64,000 nucleotides of DNA, taken from contig OZ220732.1 in assembly GCA_965116905.1 (NCBI GenBank), positions 960,001 to 1,024,000 on the forward strand, written 5' to 3'. This document shows, piece after piece, positions 9,535 through 19,801 of this stretch (position 1 is its first letter; each line of letters begins with the position of its first letter). The position numbers and the translations under genes are program-made. The stretch comes from Longimicrobiales bacterium. Its GTDB lineage: Bacteria > Gemmatimonadota > Gemmatimonadetes > Longimicrobiales > Gaopeijiaceae. The notes under the pieces are model-generated. The model saw only the letters and a program-made list of their open reading frames with translations, did not search any database and was not told where the DNA came from.

Positions 9535-10737
9535 ATGGACTCACACATCACTCAACGGGCCGATCCCGTCGACATGACACGCAGGCTGGTTCGCACGCCT
9601 TCGGTCAATCCCGGCCTGGAAAAAGGCGGTGCCGGGGAACGCGCCGTCGCCGAGCTGGCAGCGGGGTGGCTTTCCGGCTGGGGATACGAAACGGTGGTCA
9701 CCGAAGTGTCGCCGGGACGCTCCAACGTGGTCTCCCGACGCGGCGGAGGATCGGGCCCGTCTCTGCTTCTTAACGGCCATCTGGACACGGTCGGCGTGTC
9801 CGGAATGACCGAACCGTTTTCCGGCGCTGTGCGTGAAGGCCGGCTGTACGGCCGCGGCGCCGCCGACATGAAGGCCGGCGTGGCGTGCATCCTGGCCGCC
9901 GCGGCCGAACTGGCGGCCGAGCCGGCCTCCGGCCCTATCCCCGGTGAGCTGATCGTGGCCCTCACCGCCGACGAGGAGCACGCGTCCATCGGCATGGAGG
10001 CGCTGGTCGCGTCGGGAGTGGCGGCCGATGCGGCGGTCGTCTGCGAGCCCACCAGCCTCGCCGTCATGCCGGCGCACAAGGGGTTCCTGTGGATCGACGC
10101 GCGGGTGACGGGTCGTGCGGCGCACGGGTCCCGGCCCCATGTGGGGGTGGACGCGATCGCGCACATGGGCCACGTCCTGGTCGCGTTCGAAGAGGAGGCG
10201 GAACGCCTTGGACGGGAGACCGGACACGCACTGCTGGGGCCCGCGTCGCTTCATGCCGGCACGATCCGGGGCGGGAGTGCGCCCTCGGTCTACCCGGACC
10301 GGTGCGATCTGGTCGTGGAACGGCGAACGCTGCCGGGCGAAACGGCGGCGTCGGTCATGGGCGAGACGGAGCGGGTGGTGGCCGCGGCGCGGCAACGCTG
10401 TCCGGAGTTGAACGCGAGCATCGAGCCGGGACTCTTCCGCGCGGCGACCGAAGTGCCGGTCTCGTCACCGCTGGTGACCGGGCTCCGCCGGGCCTGCGCC
10501 CGCGCCGGACTTCCCGGCGATGTCAGGGGGATGTCCGCGTGGGTGGACGCCTGCTTCCTGAACGAGAGCGGCACCCCGGCCGTCTGCTTCGGACCGGGAT
10601 CGATCGCGCAGGCACACACGGCCGACGAATGGGTGAGCGTGTCCGAGATCGAGACCTGCGCCCGGGTGCTAGGCGACTTTTCGCGCCGATTCCTGGCCGG
10701 TAAAGCGAGCGCGCCGGGTAAAGCGAACGCCGGGTGA
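9535..10737 (+). CDS. M20 ArgE/DapE-family deacylase
   Basis: LNGHLDTV, GRGAADMK, DEE, VCEPT, AHTADE. Confidence 0.92.
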   Translation: MDSHITQRADPVDMTRRLVRTPSVNPGLEKGGAGERAVAELAAGWLSGWGYETVVTEVSPGRSNVVSRRGGGSGPSLLLNGHLDTVGVSGMTEPFSGAVREGRLYGRGAADMKAGVACILAAAAELAAEPASGPIPGELIVALTADEEHASIGMEALVASGVAADAAVVCEPTSLAVMPAHKGFLWIDARVTGRAAHGSRPHVGVDAIAHMGHVLVAFEEEAERLGRETGHALLGPASLHAGTIRGGSAPSVYPDRCDLVVERRTLPGETAASVMGETERVVAAARQRCPELNASIEPGLFRAATEVPVSSPLVTGLRRACARAGLPGDVRGMSAWVDACFLNESGTPAVCFGPGSIAQAHTADEWVSVSEIETCARVLGDFSRRFLAGKASAPGKANAG

Positions 10738-10751
10738 AGCGAACGGCCGGG

Positions 10752-11156
10752 CTACCGCGCCCGGCTCGTCACAACGATGGCGCCCCCGGGGAAGTTCGTC
10801 CCATACCGCATCGTGGCGTCCGAAGCGTTGAGATACCGTATCGATTCGATGTCGGAGACGGCGATCGAGCGCAGCGCGTTCTCGGGATCCCCGAGCCGGG
10901 CGCCGTCCTGCAGGACCTGGGGCCGGTTCGCGCCTGCCGAGCCCTGGCCACGCCCGGTCAGCCACCGGGGCCGGAGGCGCCGGACGACATCGAGGGCCGA
11001 GAGGGTGGCGTATTCGGTCAATTCCTCGGCGGTGATGAGATTGGGGTCCCGCCGGGGACCACTGGGGCGTCCCGTGCTGGAACAAGCGGCGAGGGCCGTT
11101 ACCACGCCGAACGCGATAATGAAGCTCAACGTCATGTGCGAACGATTCAGGCGCAT
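10752..11156 (-). CDS. Small lipoprotein with a TonB-receptor plug-like domain
   Basis: Lipobox LAAC; LRSIAVSDIESIRYL...YGTNFPGGAIVVTS. Confidence 0.75.
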   Translation of the reverse strand: MRLNRSHMTLSFIIAFGVVTALAACSSTGRPSGPRRDPNLITAEELTEYATLSALDVVRRLRPRWLTGRGQGSAGANRPQVLQDGARLGDPENALRSIAVSDIESIRYLNASDATMRYGTNFPGGAIVVTSRAR

Positions 11157-11253
11157 ACCCTACTCCTTTGTTGGCGGGGAGTGACCCTGGTATTGGGGCC
11201 ACAGCCGGGACATCCCCGGGGCGGACATTGTAAGTCTCCGGGAGCGGCGGCTG

Positions 11254-12480
11254 TCAAGACGTCAGCGCGGGGAGAGGGATTCTCACGACATACGGGACGT
11301 CCAGTTCGTCCAGAAACCACGCGTAGATGTTGCCATTGCGAATCCGCAGCGGTCCCCGTGGAGTCCCGCCCAGCACCAGGCGCAGGGAGCCCAGGTAGTC
11401 CCCCTCGTGGGTGAAGAGATCGTAGAAGGACGGCTCGTCGCCTCCGGTGACGCGCTGGACCCAGAGCCATCCGCCGGGATCGACGAAAACGCCTCGCAGA
11501 ATCGGCTTCACGTCGGGCATCAGGTCCGCGATCGCTTCGGCTGCGCGACGGCTCTCCGGATCGCGCTCGACCATCTCACGCACGAAATCGGCCCGGTCCT
11601 CGTCCGTCACGGGATCGACGGGCAGATCGGCCTCGATCACCAGCACGGTGTCTCCTGCCTCATCCGTCCGCGCCAGGCGGTACGAGGCCGTGTTCGCGTG
11701 CCACAGCCCTCCCGCCGGAATCACGCGCACAACCCGGCCGCCCTCGAAGGGAATGCCCCGGTAGGACCAGCCGCCGCCCTCCTCGGAAATGTACGACCGC
11801 CCCGAACTCTCCCCCGTGTAGACCGAATCCGTGTCCTCCGTGGCGGGGTCGTACCACTTGAAGTAGGTGCGAAAGGAAGACTCGACGAGCCCCGTCTCCG
11901 GTGGCCAGGACCGCTCTTCGTCGGAGTGGCTCGTGGCCCTCCACAGGCGTCCGCGGTCGTCCCACACCGGGTCCCAGATATACCCGTAGCTGCGGACCGG
12001 GAAGGGGAACCGCGCGACCTCGTCGCCGGCGAGGTTGACGCCGATGATGTCCATCTGCCCGTGATCGTTCATCCAGAGGAGACTGTCGCCCTGGAGAAAG
12101 ATGCCGTTGGCCTCCCTGATCTCGCCCGGCCCCTCGCCCTGGGACGCCAGCACCTCGATGAACGTGCCGTCGGGGGCGAACGCCCTGACCTCGGAAGCCT
12201 GGTAGTCCAGCACGTAGATCGTGCCGTCGCCGGCGGCCTCGACGCCCCGGATGTCGCCGAAAATGTAGTTGGGGTCGCCCTCGAGGACGCCGACCTTGAG
12301 GTCTGCACGCGCGTCGGCCACCGACGGAGCGGCGGCGTCAATGGGCGGGAGAGCCGTGTACCTTATGAGCCATGCGCCGTTGGGGAGCGTCTCACGCACG
12401 GCGTTGGTGGCCGTGGAGGTTTCCGAGGCGCACGACCAGGAGGCCGAAATGGCGACGAGGACGGGAAGCGCGCGGGGCAT
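11254..12480 (-). CDS. Secreted 6-bladed beta-propeller (NHL-like) lipoprotein
   Basis: Signal peptide with Cys; DGTIYVLD...FAPDGTF...QGEGPGE repeats. Confidence 0.75.
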   Translation of the reverse strand: MPRALPVLVAISASWSCASETSTATNAVRETLPNGAWLIRYTALPPIDAAAPSVADARADLKVGVLEGDPNYIFGDIRGVEAAGDGTIYVLDYQASEVRAFAPDGTFIEVLASQGEGPGEIREANGIFLQGDSLLWMNDHGQMDIIGVNLAGDEVARFPFPVRSYGYIWDPVWDDRGRLWRATSHSDEERSWPPETGLVESSFRTYFKWYDPATEDTDSVYTGESSGRSYISEEGGGWSYRGIPFEGGRVVRVIPAGGLWHANTASYRLARTDEAGDTVLVIEADLPVDPVTDEDRADFVREMVERDPESRRAAEAIADLMPDVKPILRGVFVDPGGWLWVQRVTGGDEPSFYDLFTHEGDYLGSLRLVLGGTPRGPLRIRNGNIYAWFLDELDVPYVVRIPLPALTS

Positions 12481-12583
12481 TGGGGACTTGCTCGGGGCTG
12501 CGAGTCGACGAATGGATAGAATGGACGAATGGATACAATGATTGTATCGGAGAAGTGACGTCGATGTTCCCAATGGCCATGTC

Positions 12584-13066
12584 ATGCGCTACCTGACTCC
12601 CGACACCGCCCACGAGGCGCTGGGGCGGACGTTCGTGTCCGACTGGATCGAGGTCGACCAGGAACGCATCACCACCTTCGGCCACGTCACCGAGGACCTG
12701 GATCCGCACCATGTGGACCCTGCGTACGCCGCGGAGCACAGCCCGTGGGGCGGCACCATCGCCTTCGGTTTCCTGACCCTGTCGCTGATGACCCCGATGT
12801 TGTACCAGGTCTACCGGTACCGGATGGACGGCGGGCGCGAGGACGGATATCCGGCCAGCTACGGTTTCGACAAGGTGCGATTCGTGTCTCCCGTTCCCTC
12901 GGGATCGCGGATTCGGGGGCATTTCACGGTCAAGGACGTCACCGAGCGCAAGCAGGGTCAACTTAAGATTACCTTTGATTGCCGCGTGGAGATCGAAGGC
13001 GAGGAAAGGCCCGCGCTTGTGGGAGAATGGCTTTCGCTGTGGCTGACGCCGCCCGCGGGGGAGTGA
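12584..13066 (+). CDS. MaoC-family dehydratase
   Basis: DQERITTFGHVTEDLDPHHVDP, GTIAFGFLTLSL, YGFDKVRFVSPV. Confidence 0.9.
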   Translation: MRYLTPDTAHEALGRTFVSDWIEVDQERITTFGHVTEDLDPHHVDPAYAAEHSPWGGTIAFGFLTLSLMTPMLYQVYRYRMDGGREDGYPASYGFDKVRFVSPVPSGSRIRGHFTVKDVTERKQGQLKITFDCRVEIEGEERPALVGEWLSLWLTPPAGE

Positions 13067-14709
13067 CCCGCCCCGGGTGCGGGTCCAGGGTGCCGACCAA
13101 CGCGACCCTCCTCGCCGAGCGGGCACGGACCCATGCCGACAAGCTCTTCCTGCGCTTTCGCGAGGCGGACTTCACCTATGCGGACTTTGATCGCCGCGTC
13201 GGGTGGCTGGCGTCGGGGATCCGGGCGCACGGCCTGGGTGGGGTGATCCCGACGCTTCTTCCCAACTGTGCCGACGCGGTCGCGCTCTGGTTTGCCGCCA
13301 ACCGCGCGGGAGCGGTCTGGGCCCCGCTCAACACCGGTTTTCGCGGAATCGGACTGGCGCACGCGGTCAACCTGACGGGTTCCCGCGACCTGATCGTGGA
13401 CCAGTCGCTGGTGGACCCCCTTCTCGGCGCCGCCGACCGCCTGGAACACGTGGAAAGGCTCTTCGTCCGCGGCCTGGACGAGGAGGCATCCCGGGCGCTG
13501 TCACGAGCGAGCCGCCGTTTCACGGTGCTGCCGTTCGAGGCCATCGTGCGCGCCGATGACGGTGCGCCGGCCCACGGTGCGTCGGCCCACAGTGCGTCTC
13601 CCCACGGTGCGTCGCCCCACCGTCCGGCGTCGCCGGCGGATCCGTCCCTACTCATCTACACGTCGGGCACCACGGGCGCGTCGAAGGCCTGCGAGCTGTC
13701 CCACCGCTACGTCCTGGGCCAGGCCGCACAACTCGCCCGCGCCGCCCGCATGCGTTCGGACGACGTGATCTTCTGCCCGTATCCCGTGTTTCACTGGGAC
13801 GCCACGATCGGAACGGTGGGCCCGGCCCTGCACCTCGGAGCGACCGCCGTCATCACGGAGCGTTTCAGCGTTTCCCGCTTCTGGTCGGACGTGCGCAGCT
13901 ACGGAGTGACGGTGTTCGACTTCATGGGCGCGACGCTGACCTTCCTCTACAATCAGGAGCCCCGCGAGGACGACGCGGACAATCCCGCGCGACTCGGATG
14001 GGGCGTCCCGATGCCGGCGTTCCAGACCGATTTCGAGCGGCGTTTCGGCCTCAGGCTTGTCGAGGGCTACGGATCGACGGAGCTGGGCGTCGCCGTGTTT
14101 TGCGACCTGGAAGACACCCGTCCGCCACCGCCGGGCTCGTGCGGCCGATGCCTTCCCGAGTTTCGGCTGCGCATTGTGGACGACGACGGTCGACCGCTTC
14201 CGCCGGGGAGCGTGGGCGAGATCGCGGCGAGGCCTGCGGCTGCCGACGACCGGCACCTGATGATGACGGGGTACTATCGCATGCCCGAGGCGAACCGCGA
14301 GGCGTTTCGCGACGGCTGGTTCCACACGGGCGATCTGGGCCGCCTGGACGAGGCGGGCAACCTGTACTTCGAGGGCCGCAGGAAGGACGCGATCCGACGG
14401 CGGGGCGAGAACATCTCGGCCTTCGAAATCGAGCAGGTGATCGAGTCCCACCCGGCCGTCGTCGAGGCGGCGGCCTACGGCGTGCCGAGCGAATTCACGG
14501 AAGAGGACGTTGCCCTGGCGGTGGTGGTCAGGGACGGTCGCCAGCTCGGCGCCGACGAGATCCTGGAGTACTGCCGCGGGCGGATGGCGCGCTACATGGT
14601 TCCGGACCACGTGCGCTTCCTGGACGCGTTGCCGAAGACTCCCACGGAGAAGATCTCCAAGCAGCTTCTCCGCGAATGGCATGTTCCCCCGGCTGGACCG
14701 AATCGCTAG
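13063..14709 (+). CDS. AMP-binding acyl-CoA ligase (CaiC-like)
   Basis: YTSGTTGASK, EGYGSTE, WFHTGDLG, LPKTPTEKI; GTGA overlap with the MaoC gene. Confidence 0.92.
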   Translation: MTRPGCGSRVPTNATLLAERARTHADKLFLRFREADFTYADFDRRVGWLASGIRAHGLGGVIPTLLPNCADAVALWFAANRAGAVWAPLNTGFRGIGLAHAVNLTGSRDLIVDQSLVDPLLGAADRLEHVERLFVRGLDEEASRALSRASRRFTVLPFEAIVRADDGAPAHGASAHSASPHGASPHRPASPADPSLLIYTSGTTGASKACELSHRYVLGQAAQLARAARMRSDDVIFCPYPVFHWDATIGTVGPALHLGATAVITERFSVSRFWSDVRSYGVTVFDFMGATLTFLYNQEPREDDADNPARLGWGVPMPAFQTDFERRFGLRLVEGYGSTELGVAVFCDLEDTRPPPPGSCGRCLPEFRLRIVDDDGRPLPPGSVGEIAARPAAADDRHLMMTGYYRMPEANREAFRDGWFHTGDLGRLDEAGNLYFEGRRKDAIRRRGENISAFEIEQVIESHPAVVEAAAYGVPSEFTEEDVALAVVVRDGRQLGADEILEYCRGRMARYMVPDHVRFLDALPKTPTEKISKQLLREWHVPPAGPNR

Positions 14710-14795
14710 CATTCCATTGGCCGTGTGCGGGGAAGCGTCACGAACGGAACGGGTGACGGCGGTCCCCGCGCTCCAAGGTCCCATCCGGAGACGAG

Positions 14796-15404
14796 ATGCG
14801 GAAACAGCTCGCAGCGCTGATTGCGCTGGGCATGATCCTGATTCCCACGGGGGTCGCTCAGGCCCAGTACGGTTTCGGGCTGATCGCCGGTGTCGGGCGG
14901 ACCGCGTTCACCGGTGCCGGCTCTACCGACGTGCCCTGGAGAACATCCGCACTGGCCGGTGCACTGGTCGAGATTCCCGCGGACCGGCTCCTGTCCCTGC
15001 GGGTGGAGCTGTACGTCGCGACCAAGGGATCGCCGCAGGTGCGATCGGGGCTGGGAGATGGGCTTCGCCAGGATGCGCTGAAGCTCGCCTACGTGCAGCT
15101 TCCGGTGCTGGTGCAGCTGCAGACCCCCCTGGGCGTGCCCCTCCGGTCGCGCACCTTCATGGGCGTGTCTTCCGCCGTGCCCGTGCGTTGCAGGGTGGCC
15201 AACCAGAGTTGTCGCGGGGTCGATCATTTCCACCTCGTGTCCTACGATTTCGGCATGCTGTTCGGTGCCGAGATCGACTTTCGCGGGTTGGGGATCGGCG
15301 CCCGCTACGAGGCCGGCCTGACCTCCGTGCTGCCCGCGGCGACCGGCGGGGACGTGAGGAACGGGATGCTTGCGTTCACGATGCGGTATACGTGGGGGCG
15401 CTGA
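14796..15404 (+). CDS. Outer-membrane beta-barrel (porin-family) protein
   Basis: Signal peptide, LAYVQLPVL, ARYEAGL, C-terminal aromatic beta-signal. Confidence 0.7.
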   Translation: MRKQLAALIALGMILIPTGVAQAQYGFGLIAGVGRTAFTGAGSTDVPWRTSALAGALVEIPADRLLSLRVELYVATKGSPQVRSGLGDGLRQDALKLAYVQLPVLVQLQTPLGVPLRSRTFMGVSSAVPVRCRVANQSCRGVDHFHLVSYDFGMLFGAEIDFRGLGIGARYEAGLTSVLPAATGGDVRNGMLAFTMRYTWGR

Positions 15405-16116
15405 AGAACTCGGACAGGAAGTCCGTTGCCGGCCGGGCGGCCAGGTCTTCGGGCGGACCGCTTTGCACCACGCGCCCCCCTTCGAGCGCATATACGGTCG
15501 GCTGCCCCAGGGCCTGAATGTCACGGACATCGTGCGTGACCACGATTGCGGGCATGTTGCGTTTCGCGAGGTGGCGGGCGAGGTACCCGCGGAATCGGCG
15601 CCGCGCGGCCGTGTCCATCGCGGCCAGGGGCTCGTCGAGGAGCAGCAGGTCGGGCTCGGGAAGGAGTGCCCGGGCCAGTGCGACGCGCTGTTTCTCGCCG
15701 CCGGACAGCGTGGTGGGAAGACGGCGCGACAAGTGACCGCATTCGATCCGGTCGAGCACGCTTGCGGCGGTGGCCAGACGGTCCGCGCGGGGCGGCCTGG
15801 GCCGGGTTGCGGCGAGCCCGAAGGCGACGTTCTCGACGACGGTGAGGTGTGGGAACAGACCGTAGCCCTGAGGCACGTAGCCGACGCGGCGCTTCTCCGG
15901 CGCGAGGGAGATGCCCTGGTCGGAATCGTGCAGAACCCGATCGCCCACCCGGATTCGGCCGGCGGTGGGCTGGTAGGCACCCGCGATGACTCGCAGCAGG
16001 GTGGTCTTCCCGGAGCCGTTGGGGCCAATCAGGAGCACCGGCGTGCCCCCGCCCTCGATGGTTGCGTTCAGATCGAAGGAACCCGCCCGCACCTCGACTC
16101 CGACCGACCAGTGCAC
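15376..16116 (-). CDS. modC: Molybdate ABC transporter ATPase
   Basis: GPNGSGKTT, LSGGEKQ, LLDEP; operon context. Confidence 0.88.
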   Translation of the reverse strand: MHWSVGVEVRAGSFDLNATIEGGGTPVLLIGPNGSGKTTLLRVIAGAYQPTAGRIRVGDRVLHDSDQGISLAPEKRRVGYVPQGYGLFPHLTVVENVAFGLAATRPRPPRADRLATAASVLDRIECGHLSRRLPTTLSGGEKQRVALARALLPEPDLLLLDEPLAAMDTAARRRFRGYLARHLAKRNMPAIVVTHDVRDIQALGQPTVYALEGGRVVQSGPPEDLAARPATDFLSEFFSAPTYTAS

Positions 16117-16121
16117 GGCAG

Positions 16122-16994
16122 TCAGGCTCCCCTGTTCGGGGGTGGGGGGGGCGCGGCCGCGACCGTACGTTCCCGGGGTGCCACGGCCCCGCCGAATCGG
16201 CGTGCGAGCAGGGAAGGCACCGTGCGCAGGGGCACCAGCAGCAGCGCACTCGCCGCGGCCAGCACGAGGGCCAGCGCGACGGCGACCCGCGTGTCGGACT
16301 CGAGCGCCGTGTAGATCGCCAGCGGCATGGTCTGGGTGGAGCCCATGAAGTTCCCCGCGAAGAAGAGGGTCGCGCCGAACTCACCCAGCGCGCGGGCCCA
16401 GGAAAGCGCCGCGCCCACGGCGAGGCCGGGGAGGGCCAGGGGTACGGCCACACGGAAGAACGCACCCCTGGGCGACTGCCCCAGCGTGCGTGCGACGATG
16501 AGCAGGTCCTCGTCGACGCGCCGAAACGCGGCTGCCGCGGCCTGCACGTAGAAGGGCGCGGAGACGACCGTCTGCGCCACGACCACGGCCGCGGTGGTGA
16601 AGGGGATGTGGACGCCCAGGGCCGACATCGCGGGGCCCAGCAGCCCCTCCCGTCCAAACGTCTGCAACAGCGCGATCCCCATGACGGCCGGGGGGATGAC
16701 GATCGGGAGGTCGACCACGATTTCCACCACCCGGGTGCGCCGGGAGGTCCGGTTCGCCATCCACCAGGCGAGCGGCGTGCCCGTGATCACGACGACCAAC
16801 AGGCTGGCGGCGGTTGTGCGCGCGCTGAGCCACAGAGCGGGACCGAACAGGGGATGCCGCGCGCCCGCGGCGATGTCGGCGGGCGCGGAGGCGCCGGCCA
16901 GCGCGATCAGGGGGACCGCGAGGAGCGCCAGCATGGGAACCGCGGCGAGGATGCCCCACCGCCCCGCCCCCAACCCCCCGCCCGGCTCCCTCAT
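16122..16994 (-). CDS. modB: Molybdate ABC transporter permease
   Basis: [26 protein letters not shown] overlap with modA. Confidence 0.92.
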   Translation of the reverse strand: MREPGGGLGAGRWGILAAVPMLALLAVPLIALAGASAPADIAAGARHPLFGPALWLSARTTAASLLVVVITGTPLAWWMANRTSRRTRVVEIVVDLPIVIPPAVMGIALLQTFGREGLLGPAMSALGVHIPFTTAAVVVAQTVVSAPFYVQAAAAAFRRVDEDLLIVARTLGQSPRGAFFRVAVPLALPGLAVGAALSWARALGEFGATLFFAGNFMGSTQTMPLAIYTALESDTRVAVALALVLAAASALLLVPLRTVPSLLARRFGGAVAPRERTVAAAPPPPPNRGA

Positions 16995-17776
16995 CGCGCG
17001 GGCGCGGAGCCGGCCAGGAAGCCGCGGCGCGTCATGATGTCCTGGCCGGCGGGCGACGCCGCGAAGTCGATCCACAGCTCCGCGCCCTCCGGGTTGGCGG
17101 CCGCGGTGAGGGCGCCCATCAGGTAGTCGGCGCGCACGTTCACCTCGTCCGGGAGCGGTATCACGCGCACGCGGCCCGGGACGGCGTCGGTGCGGTACAC
17201 GATGGCGGCGTCGGCCACCCCAAGCTCGACCTTGGCGCGGGCGAGACGGACGTTGCTCTCCTCCGACACGACGCGCCCGAGGACGGCGGCTTCGAAGTCC
17301 GTGCCGTGCCGCGTGGTGGCCCTTCGCAGGGCCATGCGTGCGTATCTGCCCGCCGGGACGTGTTCGGTCCCGATCACCAGGCGCCGCGCGCGGGGAAGGT
17401 CCTCGAAGGCCGCGATGGCGGCGGGGTTGTCGCGCGGCACGATGACCACGAGCTCGTTCTCCGTGAACACGCGGCTGCCGGTGATCAGGCCCGCCCGCGC
17501 CAGCGCGTCCACGTGCCGCTGGTCGGCCGAAGCGAACACGTCGGCACGCGCTCCCTGCTCGATCTGGAGCCGCAGCACCTGGCTGCCCGCGAAGACCGGC
17601 ACCACGTCGATCTCCGGGTAGGCGTCCTCGAAGGCTCCCGCCATTTCCTGGAACGCTTCGGTCAGCGACGAGGCGGCGAAGACCCGCAGCACCTCACCCT
17701 CCGGGGCGCTTCCGCCGCACCCCGCGAGCAGGATCGCCGCGAGCGAGGCCGTTCGCGGCGCCAACGCCGATTTCAC
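16991..17776 (-). CDS. modA: Molybdate-binding lipoprotein
   Basis: LAGC lipobox, [32 protein letters not shown]. Confidence 0.93.
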   Translation of the reverse strand: MKSALAPRTASLAAILLAGCGGSAPEGEVLRVFAASSLTEAFQEMAGAFEDAYPEIDVVPVFAGSQVLRLQIEQGARADVFASADQRHVDALARAGLITGSRVFTENELVVIVPRDNPAAIAAFEDLPRARRLVIGTEHVPAGRYARMALRRATTRHGTDFEAAVLGRVVSEESNVRLARAKVELGVADAAIVYRTDAVPGRVRVIPLPDEVNVRADYLMGALTAAANPEGAELWIDFAASPAGQDIMTRRGFLAGSAPAR

Positions 17777-18885
17777 GCGGCTTCCACCGTGGTGACCTGT
17801 CCGCTGAGGGATCCGTCGTACCCCGGGAGGTGTTTCATTTCGGCCTGGAAATCCGGATCGTCGAGCGTTTCGAGCAACCGCGAAACCGGCGGCCTTGAAA
17901 CGCTGCCGGCCGGCAGTACGAGGTCGAAGCGCTCCTCCGTGAGGGGCACGAAGTCCAGCCCCTCGGCCAGCGCCGCAGCCTCGATCGCGATGCCGGCATC
18001 GGCGGCTCCCCAGTGCACCAGCCGCGCCACGTCGCGGTGATTCGCGGCCAGTGGCCCGTTGTCGTCCGGCAAATGCCCGCCGGCTTCCGCGGTCAGACGC
18101 GCGGCCAGGTCGTGCGCCCCGGACCCTTCTTCGCGGCGAACGACACGCAGTTCGTCGCGGAGCAGATCGGCGCCGCCGGTGATTCCCAGCGGATTGCCCG
18201 CGCGCACGACCAGGCCCTGGCGCCAGCTCGTCAGGTTGGCCACGAGCAGCCGCTGGTCCGGGAGCGCGCGCCGGGCGGCCGCCACCGTGTCGCCGTCGGG
18301 ATCGTCGCTCGATCGGTGGAGACCCGCGATGTGCACGAGCCCGTCACCGAGCAGATCCATCGCGTGGCGGTTCCCGGCCGACACCCATGTCACGCGCGCG
18401 TCTCTGAAACGGCGGTCCACGCGGTGTGCCAGCGCCCCCAGCAGGGGCGCACAACCGGCGACGAGGACGTTCTGGCCGAGCTGTGTCGTCGTGCCGAGGG
18501 GACGCACCGTGACATCCGCGCCGTTCCCCTCGGAGGTGATGATCCCGTCGGCGGCGCTGGTCGCGTGCGTGGGCAGGCGGTGCGCGACCCAGCGGTCCCC
18601 GATTCGGCCCAGGGCCACGCGCGACCCGCCGCCATTCGCCTCGGCGGACGGCGCGAGGCGAGCGCTGACCCCGCTGTCGGCGGCCAGTCGGAAGATCTCC
18701 TCGATCCCGCATCCCAGCGAGTAGGCGATCCGCAGCGCGAGCCGGGTGGACGGAACGTTGCGGCCCGCCTCGATCGCGAGAATGGCCTGCCGGGATACCC
18801 CGACCTGCTCGGCCAGCGCCGTCTGGGACAGCCTGGCTTCCTTGCGCCGGGTCTTGAGCTGGTTTTCGAACCCGTGCTCGCTCAT
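17773..18885 (-). CDS. XRE-HTH + PBP-like (molybdate-sensing) regulator
   Basis: LSQTALAEQVGVSRQAILAIEAG; VHIAGLH, RREEGSG, DFVPLTEERFDLV. Confidence 0.88.
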   Translation of the reverse strand: MSEHGFENQLKTRRKEARLSQTALAEQVGVSRQAILAIEAGRNVPSTRLALRIAYSLGCGIEEIFRLAADSGVSARLAPSAEANGGGSRVALGRIGDRWVAHRLPTHATSAADGIITSEGNGADVTVRPLGTTTQLGQNVLVAGCAPLLGALAHRVDRRFRDARVTWVSAGNRHAMDLLGDGLVHIAGLHRSSDDPDGDTVAAARRALPDQRLLVANLTSWRQGLVVRAGNPLGITGGADLLRDELRVVRREEGSGAHDLAARLTAEAGGHLPDDNGPLAANHRDVARLVHWGAADAGIAIEAAALAEGLDFVPLTEERFDLVLPAGSVSRPPVSRLLETLDDPDFQAEMKHLPGYDGSLSGQVTTVEAA

Positions 18886-18939
18886 AACATTTCTCCTGTG
18901 CTGGATGGGGACCGGGTCGCCGCAGGACCGGGTTGCCGC

Positions 18940-18980
18940 AATGTAACGTCTACATTACACAGTGTAAACTAAAGTTGACT
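18940..18980 (-). promoter_or_regulatory. Sigma70-like promoter of the mod operon with overlapping inverted repeats
   Basis: TTTACA-N17-TACATT on the minus strand; AATGTA-N5-TACATT and TTACAC-A-GTGTAA palindromes in an AT-rich patch. Confidence 0.6.
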
Positions 18981-19144
18981 TTTTTTGACGACGTGCACCC
19001 TCTACCAGCGGCGCGCACCCTCTATCGGCAGAGCGCACCTGCGGGGTGGCGGGCGGAAGGCCCGAAGAGAGGGTGCCCGAAGAGGGGGGTGGGTCCGCTA
19101 CGTCTGACGCCGGACCGGGGCCGGCTCCCGGAGCCCGTGGACTC

Positions 19145-19798
19145 CTATGCCATGTGGGGGCGGATCGCCTGCGCGAGCGAAACCTCGATATCCCACACCG
19201 CCGCGGTGACCGCGCGGCCGATCAGGTCCATCTTGCGGATCAGCTCGATGCGCGGGAGCACCGTGCGCAGTTCGCGCTTCGAGAGCAGCTCCGCGAAGAT
19301 GCCGCAGGCGTCGGCCAGGCCGATGATGACGACATCGCGAGGGGTGGGAACGATGTCGCTGAAGAGGACCTCCATGAGACGCAACTTCACTTCGCGTTCG
19401 GCCTTGCCGTCGATCACCGGGTAGCGCCGGGACCGGAAGACCCAGAGAAAGCGGTCCTCGCGGCGCTCCAGGATCCCGCGCTCGATGAGGCCGTCGATCG
19501 CCGCTTCGCGAACGTCGTCGGACATTCCGGAAGCCCGCTCCACCCAGAAACGGGCGTCGCGCTGGTGATCGTGCGCGGCGATATCGGCCAGCACCGGATC
19601 GAGGATGGCGTCGTCCAACGGGGTTGGGTCGACCAGGATGAGCTTCTCCATGTCGGTGTCGATCCGGTCTTCGAGCGCGAGATCCATCAGGACCGCGCCG
19701 CCGAGCGCGTAACGCAGGGACCAGTCGGGCACCCGAATGAACTTCTCCTCGTCGTCGTCGAGGAGGAGCAGCATGATTTCTTCCGCGAATCTGAGCAT
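19145..19798 (-). CDS. GPP34 (GOLPH3/Vps74-like) family protein
   Basis: AEEIMLLLLDD, GGAVLMDLALEDRI, FLWVFRSRRYP. Confidence 0.85.
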   Translation of the reverse strand: MLRFAEEIMLLLLDDDEEKFIRVPDWSLRYALGGAVLMDLALEDRIDTDMEKLILVDPTPLDDAILDPVLADIAAHDHQRDARFWVERASGMSDDVREAAIDGLIERGILERREDRFLWVFRSRRYPVIDGKAEREVKLRLMEVLFSDIVPTPRDVVIIGLADACGIFAELLSKRELRTVLPRIELIRKMDLIGRAVTAAVWDIEVSLAQAIRPHMA

Positions 19799-19801
19799 GG
19801 T

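Noticed and set aside
18985..19140. Moco/tungsten riboswitch upstream of the mod operon
   Set aside because: GCACCCTCT/AGAGGGTGC inverted repeats exist but lie upstream of the predicted promoter, and I cannot match the Rfam consensus; more likely the 3' structure of the GPP34 gene. An Infernal search would decide.
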